Below are positions 9,702 to 20,927 of a DNA stretch of 64,000 nt, piece after piece. Each line of letters starts with the position of its first letter. Position 1 is the first letter of the stretch. Under the pieces are notes generated by a model. The model did no database searches. It worked only from the letters and a program-made list of their open reading frames with translations, and was not told the origin of the DNA. This stretch comes from an uncultured Chroococcidiopsis sp. (GTDB lineage Bacteria > Cyanobacteriota > Cyanobacteriia > Cyanobacteriales > Chroococcidiopsidaceae), in NCBI GenBank assembly GCA_964248365.1, contig CAXTYC010000005.1:109531-173530 (forward strand), written 5' to 3'. A program made the translations under genes and the position numbers.

Positions 9702-9787
9702 AGACAAGGGGACAGGAGACAGGAGACAGAAGACAGAAGGCAGAATATTTAATTCTTTCATCTCCCCCTCTAGCCTCTAGCCCCTAA

Positions 9788-10216
9788 TTAAGCAACTAGT
9801 CGAGCTAATGAGCGTGTTAGTAGGTTTCTACCCAGTTCAATATCTTTATTGGCACATCGCCAGTCTGGATGGGCACTCATCAACAAGCTTTCGAGTGTCT
9901 CTCGATCAAACAAATGCCAAACAGTAGCTTGATTGACTTCAGCTTCTATGGCATAACAGTTAGAAGTGACACAGTGAATTGTGCAATCACTAGCTATCCG
10001 CATCAATTTCATTTGCTCTGTGGGCTTGAGTGAGCGAAATTGGCAAATTGCCTGCTTAAATTCACTCAATCCGTCCACTGTTAACCCAGGAATTGCTACC
10101 TGTGTCTTGCTATCTCCATTCACACTAATCCAATAATGACGGCTAGGATCAATTCCCTCCAGCCAAGGCAACTCATCATCAAGGCGGTAGCGTGGTGATA
10201 AAGCAAATAATGTCAT
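9788..10216 (-). CDS. Hypothetical protein
   Basis: 142-aa ATG ORF with protein-like composition; no recognised motif. Confidence 0.7.
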   Translation of the reverse strand: MTLFALSPRYRLDDELPWLEGIDPSRHYWISVNGDSKTQVAIPGLTVDGLSEFKQAICQFRSLKPTEQMKLMRIASDCTIHCVTSNCYAIEAEVNQATVWHLFDRETLESLLMSAHPDWRCANKDIELGRNLLTRSLARLVA

Positions 10217-10598
10217 GAGAATTATTTAAACTGTAAATCTTATGGCTAAGAAAATTTAACTGCACAGCACACAGAAAGCTATTTGAGCAAGAGCATACCC
10301 AATGGTTTCCTGCCCTGGTGTGCAATAAATTACATTACTTTACTTTTAAATAATTTCTCAGTATTTATAAACCCTATTTAACAAAACTTATAACAAAACT
10401 TATATTAAAGCAAGGAGCCTTAGAGACAAGGGGAAAGGGAAAAGGGTAGAGAGGTATTGCGGTTAAAGGATAAAGGGTAAAGGTTGAAGGTTGAAGGATA
10501 AAGATTGAAATTTCACACTTCTAACTTCATACTTCACACTTCACACGAGTTTCTCCCCTTTGCTCCCCTTTGCTTCCCTTTGCTCCCTCTGCCCTCTT

Positions 10599-11330
10599 CT
10601 ACCCGACTAGCCCAGAACGCAGGGCGCGAACAGCGGCTTGAGTACGGTCATCAGCACAGAGTTTATTTAAAATATTACGCACATGAGTTTTAACCGTTCC
10701 CACGGTAATATATAATTTTTCAGCAATGACCGCGTTACTACAACCTTCAACAATTAGTTGCAGCACTTCTAATTCTCGTTCTGTGAGTGGGTAGGCAGCT
10801 AGCATTTGGTCATACTCTGCATCAGCTGCATTAATAGCAACAGTTTTCAGATCTTTGGGAATCTCAACTGCTGCTTCGGGATCGTCTGAAGTTGGTTGCA
10901 CTTGTTGCAGCACTATCCGCGCGATCGCAGGATCTATCCAAGCGTTCCCACTGTGAGTTACACGTAATGCTTCTAGCAAGTTATCGAAGCTGATATCCTT
11001 CATGCAGTATGAGTCTGCCCCAGCCGCAAAAGCTGCTAGTACAGCCTCTTTATTATCCCTCAGCGTCAAAATCAGCACCTTGGTATTTGGTCCTTCTCCA
11101 GCTTCTTGAGATGCCTTGATCTGCCTTGTCAGCTCGATACCATCTTTGTCGGGTAGACCGATATCGACGATCGCAATATCTGGGTGAAGTTTCTCCAACA
11201 GTTGCAATCCTTCATTGGCATTAGCAGCTTCGCCCACCACTTCAATTTCTTGCCGCTGTTGCAGTGCTGTTCTAATACCCACACGGGTTAGGTCATGATC
11301 TTCTATCAGAGCAACGCGAATTCTATCCAT
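10599..11330 (-). CDS. NarL/LuxR-family response regulator
   Basis: REC domain (IEDH, IVDIGLPD) plus LuxR HTH (LTERELEVLQLIVEGCSNAVIAEKLYITVGTVKTHV). Confidence 0.95.
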   Translation of the reverse strand: MDRIRVALIEDHDLTRVGIRTALQQRQEIEVVGEAANANEGLQLLEKLHPDIAIVDIGLPDKDGIELTRQIKASQEAGEGPNTKVLILTLRDNKEAVLAAFAAGADSYCMKDISFDNLLEALRVTHSGNAWIDPAIARIVLQQVQPTSDDPEAAVEIPKDLKTVAINAADAEYDQMLAAYPLTERELEVLQLIVEGCSNAVIAEKLYITVGTVKTHVRNILNKLCADDRTQAAVRALRSGLVG

Positions 11331-11880
11331 TTTTACATCCGCTTTAACAATTTCTTACCTTAGAATCAATTTTGCTTAAATGCTAGTTCTAGCTAATTCT
11401 TGAATCCCGATCTACAGAAGTAGGGATTTTTACCCTATCTTTCATTCAATCTTAGTATTTTTGGGCATAAGCTACTAGTTACTAGCTTAAACTATCTCTG
11501 GAAATTAGCATTTCCTCTTATAAACTTAAATACCTTTATATTTTACGCCCCTTAAAGCATTTATTTTTATCTAAGCATCTATCTTTAGATATAATTTTAC
11601 TATCAACTTTGGTTATGTAAAGTTATGCCAAAGTAGGAATATTAGCTTTTATTCAATTATAAGTTAAGCTTATAGATATCGCTTTAATGTGTTGTAAATT
11701 TAACCAAGAGCTGCTAATTCGATTTGGCAAGTATGATTTAGAATCCTAAAAACCTGAATCAATGTTAGCAATAATACTAAAAAGCATAGAAAGAGTAAAT
11801 GAACAGTTGAAATTATAGGATATTTGTCACTAAAAAAGTAGTTGTGTAGTTTGAATTGCCAATTATTTTAACGAAAGATT

Positions 11881-14598
11881 TTGATGAATTCTGATTTTAA
11901 GTTAAGTGAACAAGAAACAATGAGTTGGGGATTCCTCAAAGCGATTCATCCCGAAGAGCGCGATCGCTACCTTAGCCAACAACAAGCCCTAGCGCAAGGA
12001 CAACCTTACGAAATTGCCTTCCGAATGTTGGGATCAGACGGAAAATATCACTGGTGGCTAGAGCAAGGTACACCTGTGCGCTTAGAAGATGGCACAGTGC
12101 AAGAGCTGATTGTTACCTGCACTCCTCAAAGCGAGGCAGATCACCAAAGTGGGCTGAAAAAGCCCTCCCAGAAAGAATTAATGCGTACTCAGCCAAATGG
12201 ACAGCAGCACTGGGCGGATGAGTCGAGATTTCGAGAACAAAAACTGGCGCTTCATGTGCAGCAAACTCCCCTAGCTGTAATTGAATGGAACGTTAATTTT
12301 GAAGTGATTCAATGGAACCGAGCAGCAGAAAAAATTTTTGGTTACAGCAATCACGAAGCAATTGGTCGCCATGCTGCCGGACTTATCATATCAGAAACTG
12401 CTAAAGAGTTTGTAAACGAAGTATGGAATCAGCTATTACAAAACAAAGACGGTAATCGCACCATCAATGAAAACATAACTAAAGATGGTAAGACTATCAT
12501 TTGCGAGTGGTATAACACTCCATTAGTTGCTGATAACGGAGAAGTCATGGGTGTAGTATCCCTAGCTCAGGATATCACCGAAAGAAAAGCGGCACAAAAG
12601 GCGCTTAAACAGAGCGAACAGCGTGTGCGTCTGTTTGTCGAACATACACCAGCTGCTGTTGCTATGTTAGACCGTGAGATGCGTTATATATTGGCTAGTC
12701 GTCGTTGGCTAACAGATTACCAACTGGGTGAACAAGAAATTATCGGTCGTAGCCATTATGAGATATTTCCTGAAAATTGCGATCGCCAGAAGGAAATTCA
12801 CCAGCGCTGTTTAGCAGGAGCAGTAGAAAAATGCGAAGAAGATCCCTTTGTGCGTACTGATGGCGAACCCATGTGGCTGCGTTGGGAAATTCATCCTTGG
12901 CACGACAGTAGCGGGGAAATTGGTGGCATTATCATGTTTACCGAAGTGATTACGCAAAAGAAAGCAGCCCAGGCAGAAATTCTGAGAATGAATGCCGAAC
13001 TAGAGCAAAGAGTAATTGAACGGACGCAACAGCTAGAAAGTGCTAATCAACTCAAGGATGAATTACTATTGCGCGAACAGCTAGCAAGGGTTCAGGCTGA
13101 AACAGCACAGCAACGCTTCAGCGAACTGGTGAATGGACTAGTTGATGTGATCTTTTGGGAAGGCGATCCTGTCACCTTCGAGTTTTCCTTTGTGTGTCAA
13201 AGTGCACAAAAGATTTTAGGTTATCCGCTTGAGCGGTGGATAACACCTGGTTTTTGGGTTGAAATCATCCATCCTGACGATCGCGCGAGGGTAGTAAATT
13301 TCTGTCAAGCCCAAATTTGTCAAGGTCGAGATTATGAGTTGGAGTATCGCTGTATTGCCTCAGATGGTCGAACGGTGTGGCTACGCGATCGCACTTATAT
13401 TGTACGCGACCAGCAAGGACAAATTCAAAAAACCAGGGGGTTGATGATTGATATTACCCAATCCAAGCAAAAAGAAGAAGAATTACGGGAAAGTGAAGCC
13501 CGATTTCGCACTATGGCAGACACCGCTCCAGTGCTAATTTGGGTAGCTGGAACAGATACACTATGTAATTGGGTCAACAAGCCTTGGCTTGAATTCACCG
13601 GACGCACGATGGAACAGGAACTAGGCAATGGCTGGGCAGAACTCGTGCATCCAGAAGATTTTCAACATTGCTTAGATATTTATATAACAGCATTTAACGC
13701 TCGTCAACCCTTTCAAATGGACTACCGCCTTCGCCGAGCTGATGGGGAGTATCGTTGGCTTTTAAATAACGGTGTACCTCGGTTTACACCTAATGGGGAG
13801 TTTGCTGGATATATCGGCTCTTGTATTGATATTACTGAGCGCAGAGCTATAGAGTCAGCACTAAAAGCCCGTGCCAATGAATTAACTTATTTGACAACAG
13901 TGCTGGCACAAACCAACACTGTCTTAGAAAAACGTAACTTTGAACTCGATCAATTTGCTTACGTTACGTCCCATGATTTAAAAGCACCACTGCGAGCGAT
14001 CGCAAACCTTTCCGAATGGATAGAAGAAGACCTTGCCGACGTGCTAACCGCAGATACTCGCCATCAAATGAACTTGCTGCGGGGGCGCGTTAACCGCATG
14101 GAAGCCCTAATTAACGGCTTATTACAATATTCCCGTGTCGGTCGCCTTGAAACTCCCACATCATTGGTATCGGTAGCTGACTTGCTAGCCGAGGTGATTG
14201 ACTCTCTCGCACCTGCTGATACTTTCACGATTGAAATAGCCCCGGATATGCCGACATTTGTCACCGAACGATTGCCTTTGCAGCAAGTTTTTACTAATCT
14301 CATCAGCAACGCGATTAAACATCACCCCAGGATAGATGGCAAAGTAAAAATTTTACTCCAAAATCTAGAGTCATTTTATGAATTTAGCGTCACTGATGAC
14401 GGAGCTGGAATTGCTTCTCAGTACCATGAAAAAGTGTTTGGGATTTTCCAGACATTAGAAGATCGTGACAAGAGTGAAAACACTGGTATTGGACTTGCTA
14501 TTGTCAAAAAAATTGTTGAACGTCAAGGAGGAACTATCTATTTGGAGTCCCAGGAAGGTCAAGGAGCAACATTTCGCTTTACCTGGCGCTCTTGCTAG
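11881..14598 (+). CDS. Multi-PAS sensor histidine kinase
   Basis: Several PAS/PAC repeats (IHPDD, VHPEDF, DITER); H-box FAYVTSHDLKAPLRAI; N-box NLISNAIKH; G-boxes DDGAGI and GIGLAIVKK. Confidence 0.95.
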   Translation: MMNSDFKLSEQETMSWGFLKAIHPEERDRYLSQQQALAQGQPYEIAFRMLGSDGKYHWWLEQGTPVRLEDGTVQELIVTCTPQSEADHQSGLKKPSQKELMRTQPNGQQHWADESRFREQKLALHVQQTPLAVIEWNVNFEVIQWNRAAEKIFGYSNHEAIGRHAAGLIISETAKEFVNEVWNQLLQNKDGNRTINENITKDGKTIICEWYNTPLVADNGEVMGVVSLAQDITERKAAQKALKQSEQRVRLFVEHTPAAVAMLDREMRYILASRRWLTDYQLGEQEIIGRSHYEIFPENCDRQKEIHQRCLAGAVEKCEEDPFVRTDGEPMWLRWEIHPWHDSSGEIGGIIMFTEVITQKKAAQAEILRMNAELEQRVIERTQQLESANQLKDELLLREQLARVQAETAQQRFSELVNGLVDVIFWEGDPVTFEFSFVCQSAQKILGYPLERWITPGFWVEIIHPDDRARVVNFCQAQICQGRDYELEYRCIASDGRTVWLRDRTYIVRDQQGQIQKTRGLMIDITQSKQKEEELRESEARFRTMADTAPVLIWVAGTDTLCNWVNKPWLEFTGRTMEQELGNGWAELVHPEDFQHCLDIYITAFNARQPFQMDYRLRRADGEYRWLLNNGVPRFTPNGEFAGYIGSCIDITERRAIESALKARANELTYLTTVLAQTNTVLEKRNFELDQFAYVTSHDLKAPLRAIANLSEWIEEDLADVLTADTRHQMNLLRGRVNRMEALINGLLQYSRVGRLETPTSLVSVADLLAEVIDSLAPADTFTIEIAPDMPTFVTERLPLQQVFTNLISNAIKHHPRIDGKVKILLQNLESFYEFSVTDDGAGIASQYHEKVFGIFQTLEDRDKSENTGIGLAIVKKIVERQGGTIYLESQEGQGATFRFTWRSC

Positions 14599-14819
14599 GG
14601 GCTAGGGGCTAGGGGCTGGGGGCTAGGGAAAGGATGAAGTGGGAAGGATGAAGTGGGAAGGATGAAGTGGGAAGTGGGAAGTGGGAAGGATGAAGTGGGA
14701 AGTATGAAGTTTGAAATTTCAACATGATCCTCTTTAGCCTTTTCCCTTTCCCCTTGTCCCTTGTCCCCTTGTCCCCTTGTCTTCCCCTAGCCCCTAGCCC
14801 CTAGCCCCTAGCCCCTAGC
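14595..14819. repeat. Composite short tandem repeat (STRR-like) array with complementary arms
   Basis: (CTAGGGG)n then (GGATGAAGTGGGAA)n on the left; (CCCCTTGT)n then (CCCCTAG)n on the right. Confidence 0.85.
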
Positions 14820-14929
14820 TAAAGGAATAGGTAATAAGGATTAAGTACTTATCCTCGATAAGAGAAATACTGCAAATGATTGATGTTAATAGCGACACAA
14901 ATCATAAATCATAGGTAGTAGAACAATAA

Positions 14930-15358
14930 ATGTTAGCAAATAACATGATCAACATCCTGCTTGTCGAAGATGGCGAAGTGGATGTCATGAACGTAAAAAG
15001 AGCGTTTAAAAAAAATAACATCAATAATCCACTTTATATAGCCCCTAATGGGTTAGAAGCATTAGACATACTACGCGGGGAGGGAAAATCATATATACCA
15101 AAAGAGCGAAGATTAATTCTACTTGATTTAAATATGCCCAAAATGAATGGAATTGAATTTTTGCGTGAATTGCGGGCAGATCCAGAAATCAAGCATATTC
15201 CCGTAGTTGTATTAACTACATCAAATGAAGACAAAGATAAAGTCGAAGCTTACAACTTAAATGTAGCTGGGTATATTCTCAAACCAGTAACATTTTCCAA
15301 CTTCATTGAAGCAATGGCAACTCTAGATAAGTATTGGACTTTAAGCGAAATGCCCTAG
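14930..15358 (+). CDS. Single-domain response regulator (Rcp1-like)
   Basis: ILLVEDGEVD, LILLDLNMPKMNG, VVVLTTS, GYILKP. Confidence 0.92.
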   Translation: MLANNMINILLVEDGEVDVMNVKRAFKKNNINNPLYIAPNGLEALDILRGEGKSYIPKERRLILLDLNMPKMNGIEFLRELRADPEIKHIPVVVLTTSNEDKDKVEAYNLNVAGYILKPVTFSNFIEAMATLDKYWTLSEMP

Positions 15359-15512
15359 TTTAGGGGCTAGAGGCTAGAGGCTAGGGGCTAGAGAAACAAT
15401 TATCAATTATCAATTGATAATTGATAATTGCTCCCCCCTCTCCCACTCTCCACCTCTTTCTCTCCTCTTTCCCTAGTCCCAAGCCGCCAGCCCCAAGCCC
15501 CTCTTTTGAGCT

Positions 15513-18500
15513 ATGGAAGAAACAGTTACGATTCTGATGATTGATGATGATGAAGTAGACCGCATGGCAGTACGGCGGGCGCTAAATGCTGCTGGCATCA
15601 AAATGAATTGGTCAGAATCCCATGACTGTGTCGGGGCGATCGCTACTTTACAGCAGCAGGAGTTTGATTGTGTCTTCCTAGATTATCGTCTGCCTGATGG
15701 CGACGGTTTGAGTTTAGTGCAGCAAATACGTGGTTTGGGAATTACTACTCCTTTGGTAGTTTTGACTGGACAGGGAGATGAACAAATAGCTGTCCAGCTA
15801 ATGAAAGCAGGGGCTTGCGACTATCTATCCAAAGACAAAATATCACCGCAGGCTCTATACCAAATCCTACGTCAGACACTTCGCGTTCATCGGGCAGAAA
15901 TGTCGGCAGCATCAGCGAATATGAAGCTCAAAGAAAGCGAAGAACGCTATCGCTTGGTACTAGAAGCGGCAAATGACGGCATTTGGGACTGGTTTTGTAC
16001 TACAGACGAAGTTTACTGTAACGACCGACTGCTAGAAATTATTGGTGTATCACGCACGGCATTTAGCTTCACTCCCGCCGCCTTTACCTCGCTGATGCAC
16101 CCAGAAGATTTACCGAGAATTAAAGCAGCAATTTCTGCCCATATGACTATGGGCGAGAAATGTGAAGTAGAGTTTCGGATGCGTCATGCTTCTGGAGAAT
16201 ACCTTTATTGTCTTGCTAGAGGAAAAGCTCAACGCGATCGCAACGGTTGTCCTGATCGGATGTCGGGAGTACTAAGCGATATTACCCAACGCAAGCACTC
16301 AGAGGCAGAAATTGTCAAACTAAATCGGGATTTGGAACGGCGGATAGATGAACTAGAAAAGTTGCTCGATGTGATTCCAATTGGAATAGCGATCGCCCAA
16401 GATCCAGAATGTCGGCATATCCGAGTTAACCCAGCTTTAACCAAGCTGCTGCAACTGCCTACCAATGCTAATGCTTCCAAAAGCGCTCCGGCATCCGAAC
16501 AATTATTATATAAAGTGTATAGGGAAGGCAAAGAATTATCTGCCGCCGAGCTACCCATGCAGTATGCTGCTGCTAACGGCAAGGAAGTCTTGAATACCGA
16601 ACTCGATGTAATTGTCGATCACAAACAACCAGCGGTTAAATTGCTCAGTAACGCTGTCCCATTATTTGATGAACAAGGCGAATGTAGAGGCAGCATTGGA
16701 GCATTTTTAGATATTACCCAACGCAAGCAAATCGAAGAACAAGACCGATTCTTGGCTGAAGCTAGTGTTATCCTAGCGGCTTCCCTAGACTACCAAACCA
16801 TTCTGAAAAATCTATCTGGGCTAGTAGTCCCCCAATGGGCTGACTGGTGTAGTATTCATGTTGTCGAAGAAAACGGCTTGTTATCTCAAGTAACAGTTGC
16901 CCACCGTGATCCCTTGAAAGTACAGTGGGCAAAAGAGCTAGTGCGCCGCTATCCAGAAAATCCAAACGGTTACTTTGGCGCTCCCCAAGTGATACGCACT
17001 GGGGAATCAGCTTTATACTCAGAGGTTCCCGACTCGGTTCTAGAAAGAATCGCTCGTGATGCAATACATCTTGAGAGCTTGCGTCAAATAGGTATAAAGT
17101 CGTTAATTTGTGTACCAATGCAAGCTCGTGGGCGGATATTAGGCGCGATCAGCTTTGTATGGGCTGAGTCTGGTCGGATTTATACGACCGCCGATTTAGC
17201 CTTAGCAGAAGACTTGGGGCGGCGGACTGGTTTGGCAGTTGACAACGCTCGTCTTTACCAAGAAGCAAATGAGATTGGCGAAAACCTGCGTCAGGCAATA
17301 ATGATTCTCGGTGAACAGCAACAGCAACTGCGAGTGTTGCAGCGAATTACCAACCTCTTGAACCAGCGCCTGACGGACTTACCCAATTTACTACAAATCA
17401 TTGTAGGAGCAATTTGTGATGGCATTGCCGGAGCCGATTTTGCTGTAATTGCTATCCCAAATCCCCAAACCAACCACTTAGAATTAACAGCTACAGCAGG
17501 ATTGGGCAGGGAAAGATTACTCTTAAGTGACTTATTCGATGCGGATGAAGGTTTGCTAAAGCAAGTATTTATCACTGGGAAATCCAATTTGATTCGTCAC
17601 GAAGCCCACGAGACAACCCGCCCTAGGGGATCTGGGGGAGATGAGGAAACTGGGGAAGCCCCGCGAGAGTTCTTAATCCAAAATCCAATCCCCCCAACCC
17701 CCCTTATTAAGGGGGGCGCTAAAATCCAAAATCCCCTAGCCTCTAGTCCCCAGCCCCTAGCCCCTCGATCCATCTACGCCGTTGCGATCGCCTCAGACGG
17801 GGCAAAAAGCCTGGGAGTGCTGGCGGTGGGAAATTGGCAAAATCCTGATGCTTTTGATCCCGAAGATCAGAATTTATTAGAGGCTGTAGGTGAACAAGCA
17901 GCGATCGCAATCAACAACGCCCGTCTAATCAGCACGTTGGAAGAACGGGAAGAACGCTTAGCTGCCCAAAATCTTACCCTAGCACAACAAAACCGCGAAC
18001 TAGAATTAACCAGGCAACGCATCGAACAACAGAACTTACAACTAATACAAGCGGCACAACTGAAATCTCAGTTTCTCGCCACTATGTCCCATGAATTGCG
18101 TACTCCCATGAATGCCGTTATCGGCTTTGCCCAAGTGTTATTGCGTCAACGCAAAGCCAAGCTGTCCGATTCTCAAGCTGACATGGTAGAACGCATTCTC
18201 AATAATGGTAAAAACCTATTGGCGTTGATTAATGACATTCTGGATCTTTCCAAAATCGAAGCTGGTCACTTGGAACTGGAACTAAAAGAACTCAATCTTA
18301 GCAAGCTAATTTGGTCAACAGTTTCTGAACTCAAACCTTTAGCCGATCAAAAGCAACTGCCATTAAAGGTATATGCCGAACTGGAAAACCCCATTATTAT
18401 TAATGACAGTACCCGACTGCGCCAGGTTTTAATCAATCTGCTCTCGAATGCGATCAAGTTCACAGAAACGGGTAGTGTAGAAGTAAGGGTAAGCGAATCA

Positions 18501-18746
18501 CCCACACAATTGTTTTTCAGTATCAAAGATACTGGTATTGGCATTGCCGAATCTGAACTTGAGCATATTTTTGAAGAATTCCGGCAAGTCGATCAAACTA
18601 CCACCCGCAGGCATGGCGGTACAGGTTTAGGATTAGCGATTACCAAGTCGCTGGTTAATATGATGCAAGGTAAAATTACAGTAGAAAGCAAGCTCGGTGA
18701 AGGTTCAACATTTTGCGTCGAGTTACCACGCCATGTGAGGGAATAG
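15513..18746 (+). CDS. Hybrid histidine kinase REC-PAS-PAS-GAF-GAF-HisKA-HATPase
   Basis: N-terminal REC (IDDDEVD, FLDYRLPD); PAS domains; GAF domains (DWCSIHV, LAEDLGRR); MSHELRTPMN; NLLSNAIKFT; GGTGLGL. Contains a repeat-derived in-frame insert at about 17615-17765. Confidence 0.95.
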   Translation: MEETVTILMIDDDEVDRMAVRRALNAAGIKMNWSESHDCVGAIATLQQQEFDCVFLDYRLPDGDGLSLVQQIRGLGITTPLVVLTGQGDEQIAVQLMKAGACDYLSKDKISPQALYQILRQTLRVHRAEMSAASANMKLKESEERYRLVLEAANDGIWDWFCTTDEVYCNDRLLEIIGVSRTAFSFTPAAFTSLMHPEDLPRIKAAISAHMTMGEKCEVEFRMRHASGEYLYCLARGKAQRDRNGCPDRMSGVLSDITQRKHSEAEIVKLNRDLERRIDELEKLLDVIPIGIAIAQDPECRHIRVNPALTKLLQLPTNANASKSAPASEQLLYKVYREGKELSAAELPMQYAAANGKEVLNTELDVIVDHKQPAVKLLSNAVPLFDEQGECRGSIGAFLDITQRKQIEEQDRFLAEASVILAASLDYQTILKNLSGLVVPQWADWCSIHVVEENGLLSQVTVAHRDPLKVQWAKELVRRYPENPNGYFGAPQVIRTGESALYSEVPDSVLERIARDAIHLESLRQIGIKSLICVPMQARGRILGAISFVWAESGRIYTTADLALAEDLGRRTGLAVDNARLYQEANEIGENLRQAIMILGEQQQQLRVLQRITNLLNQRLTDLPNLLQIIVGAICDGIAGADFAVIAIPNPQTNHLELTATAGLGRERLLLSDLFDADEGLLKQVFITGKSNLIRHEAHETTRPRGSGGDEETGEAPREFLIQNPIPPTPLIKGGAKIQNPLASSPQPLAPRSIYAVAIASDGAKSLGVLAVGNWQNPDAFDPEDQNLLEAVGEQAAIAINNARLISTLEEREERLAAQNLTLAQQNRELELTRQRIEQQNLQLIQAAQLKSQFLATMSHELRTPMNAVIGFAQVLLRQRKAKLSDSQADMVERILNNGKNLLALINDILDLSKIEAGHLELELKELNLSKLIWSTVSELKPLADQKQLPLKVYAELENPIIINDSTRLRQVLINLLSNAIKFTETGSVEVRVSESPTQLFFSIKDTGIGIAESELEHIFEEFRQVDQTTTRRHGGTGLGLAITKSLVNMMQGKITVESKLGEGSTFCVELPRHVRE

Positions 18747-18926
18747 GGAGAGGGGAAACTCGATCTTCCCCTCTGGGGATAGGGGGCAAGGGGGAGAGGG
18801 GGAAATGGGGAGATGAAGAATTAAATATTCACAACTCCTCACCTCCTCACCTCCTGTCTTCTATTTAAAAAGCACTTTTTTTAAAATTTGACAACAATTC
18901 ATTAATATGCTAATAGGAAAATATTA

Positions 18927-20678
18927 ATGCTCGGACACCAGATTATTGTGGTTGGAGCTTCCGCAGGTGGAGTGGAAGCATTGACGAATTTGGTACGTGA
19001 TATACCGCCAGAACTACCAGCAGCAATCTTTGTTGTTCTTCACATTCCATCTCAAGGTTCTAGTCTTCTGCCCAAAATTATTAATCGCGTTATCAAAAAA
19101 CAGCATAAAGGGGCATCTTCTCTGAGAGCAATCCACCCGCAAGATGGCGAAGCAATTCAAAACGGGGTGATTTATGTAGCACCACCTGATCGCCATTTAC
19201 TGATTAAGGACGGATACATTCATCTAGCTCGTGGTCCTAAAGAGAATGGTCATCGACCCGCGATCGATCCTTTGTTTCGCACAGCAGCAAGAACTTACGG
19301 ACGGCACGTTGTTGGCATCGTGCTATCGGGAACTCTTGACGATGGTACGGCGGGTCTGGCGGCTGTAAAACAACGCGGCGGCATAGCGATTGTTCAAGAC
19401 CCAGAGGAGGCTCTCTATGCGGGAATGCCGCGCAGCGCGATTGAGAATGTCGAAGTTGATTATATCTTAGGTGTGTCTAAAATTACACAGTTGTTGGTCG
19501 AGTTAGCCGATCAGCCTGTAGAAGAAGGAGTAGATGCCGTGCCTGATGATATGGATATGGAAGCTGACATGGCAGAACTAGAAGTGGGGGCAATGAACAA
19601 TCCTGAGCGCCCTGGAACCCCTTCGCCGTTCGCCTGTCCAGACTGTGGAGGAGTTTTGTGGGAACTGGATGAAGGAAAGCTAATCCGCTTTCGTTGTCGC
19701 ACTGGTCACGCTTACTCGACGGGTAGCTTGATGGCTTCACAGTCTCACGCACTCGAAGAAGCGCTGTGGAACGCGCTTAGAGCATTGGAGGAAAAAGCCG
19801 CCCTGGCGCAGCGGATGGAAGTCAGAGCGCGCGATCACAATCATATTATTTCAGCTAAACGCTTTGGGCAGCAGGCAGAGGATGCCCAGCAGCAGGCAAT
19901 CCTTGTCCGAGAAATGTTGTTGCAAGGCGACGGCAATGGTAAATTGTTACAGCCCAGTCAACTGGTAGATGCAAAAGGCCTTCTACCAGAGGAAAAGACA
20001 AGAGGACTTGGGGACAACGGCGACTTGGAGAAAATAGCTCCCCCAGCTCCACGCCAGTTTGCTCAAGTCGGGGAACCCGCCCACCTTGCTGGCTCCCCAC
20101 CTCCCCCTATCCCTGTAGTAGCAATCTGTGCCTCGAAGGGGGGACTGAATGCTTTAAGCTTGGTGCTGTCAGCATTACCCGCGAATTTTCCAGGGGCAAT
20201 TATTGTATTACAGCACTCGTCGGGCGATTCGAGTATGCTGCTAGACACATCCCGCCGCCGCATAGCCTTGCCAGTCAAGCAGGCTGAGGCGGGAGATTTG
20301 TTAAGTTTGGGGAGGATATACATTACCCCAAACGATCAGCACTTACTGGTTAACTCAGATGGTACTGTGTGCCTGTCCCGTTCAGAATTAGTTCACTTTG
20401 CCCGTCCGTCGGCTGATTTGCTATTTGAGTCGGTGGCAGCTTGTTTTAAACAGCAGGCGATCGCTGTTGTTCTTACTGGTACAGGCTCTGACGGTGCTAT
20501 AGGAGTACAGGCGATTAAACAGATGGGTGGGATTGCGATCGCTCAAGATCGAGCTACTTCTGAATTTTTTGCCATGCCTGAAGCTGCAATTAACACTGGG
20601 GCTGTAGATTGGGTTGTGCCACTTAATGAAATCGCTGATACTCTAGTGAGACTGGTAACAGTTAAAGATCAAGTATAA
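18927..20678 (+). CDS. cheB: Tandem CheB-type methylesterase (CheB - Cys/His metal-binding-like segment - CheB)
   Basis: Domain 1: VGASAGG, VLH, HRPAIDPLF, SGTLDDG. Middle: CPDCGG...FRCRTGH. Domain 2: ICASKGG, VLQH, RPSADLLF, TGTGSDG. No REC domain. Confidence 0.88.
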   Translation: MLGHQIIVVGASAGGVEALTNLVRDIPPELPAAIFVVLHIPSQGSSLLPKIINRVIKKQHKGASSLRAIHPQDGEAIQNGVIYVAPPDRHLLIKDGYIHLARGPKENGHRPAIDPLFRTAARTYGRHVVGIVLSGTLDDGTAGLAAVKQRGGIAIVQDPEEALYAGMPRSAIENVEVDYILGVSKITQLLVELADQPVEEGVDAVPDDMDMEADMAELEVGAMNNPERPGTPSPFACPDCGGVLWELDEGKLIRFRCRTGHAYSTGSLMASQSHALEEALWNALRALEEKAALAQRMEVRARDHNHIISAKRFGQQAEDAQQQAILVREMLLQGDGNGKLLQPSQLVDAKGLLPEEKTRGLGDNGDLEKIAPPAPRQFAQVGEPAHLAGSPPPPIPVVAICASKGGLNALSLVLSALPANFPGAIIVLQHSSGDSSMLLDTSRRRIALPVKQAEAGDLLSLGRIYITPNDQHLLVNSDGTVCLSRSELVHFARPSADLLFESVAACFKQQAIAVVLTGTGSDGAIGVQAIKQMGGIAIAQDRATSEFFAMPEAAINTGAVDWVVPLNEIADTLVRLVTVKDQV

Positions 20679-20927
20679 AGGTTCAACACTAAGTTTTAAA
20701 ACAAGTTTTAAATTTTTTATTTTTACCTTTTGACACAAATTGCCAGATTAGGTATGAGTTGATTTTGCTTATTTCAAAAAACTCTTTAGCGAGTGCGATC
20801 GCAATATCTGATTTAACCAACAATCTGTATCAGTAAATTTTTTCTCCAACTGCTAAATCTCGACTTTTTGCAAGTGTGGTTTACTATACAACTTATATTA
20901 CTACTAATTTCCATTACAATAAAACAT

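Noticed and set aside
14630..14712. Repeated GGATGAAGTGGGAA units as a possible CRISPR array
   Set aside because: The units are 7/14-bp head-to-tail repeats with no unique spacers and no cas genes nearby.
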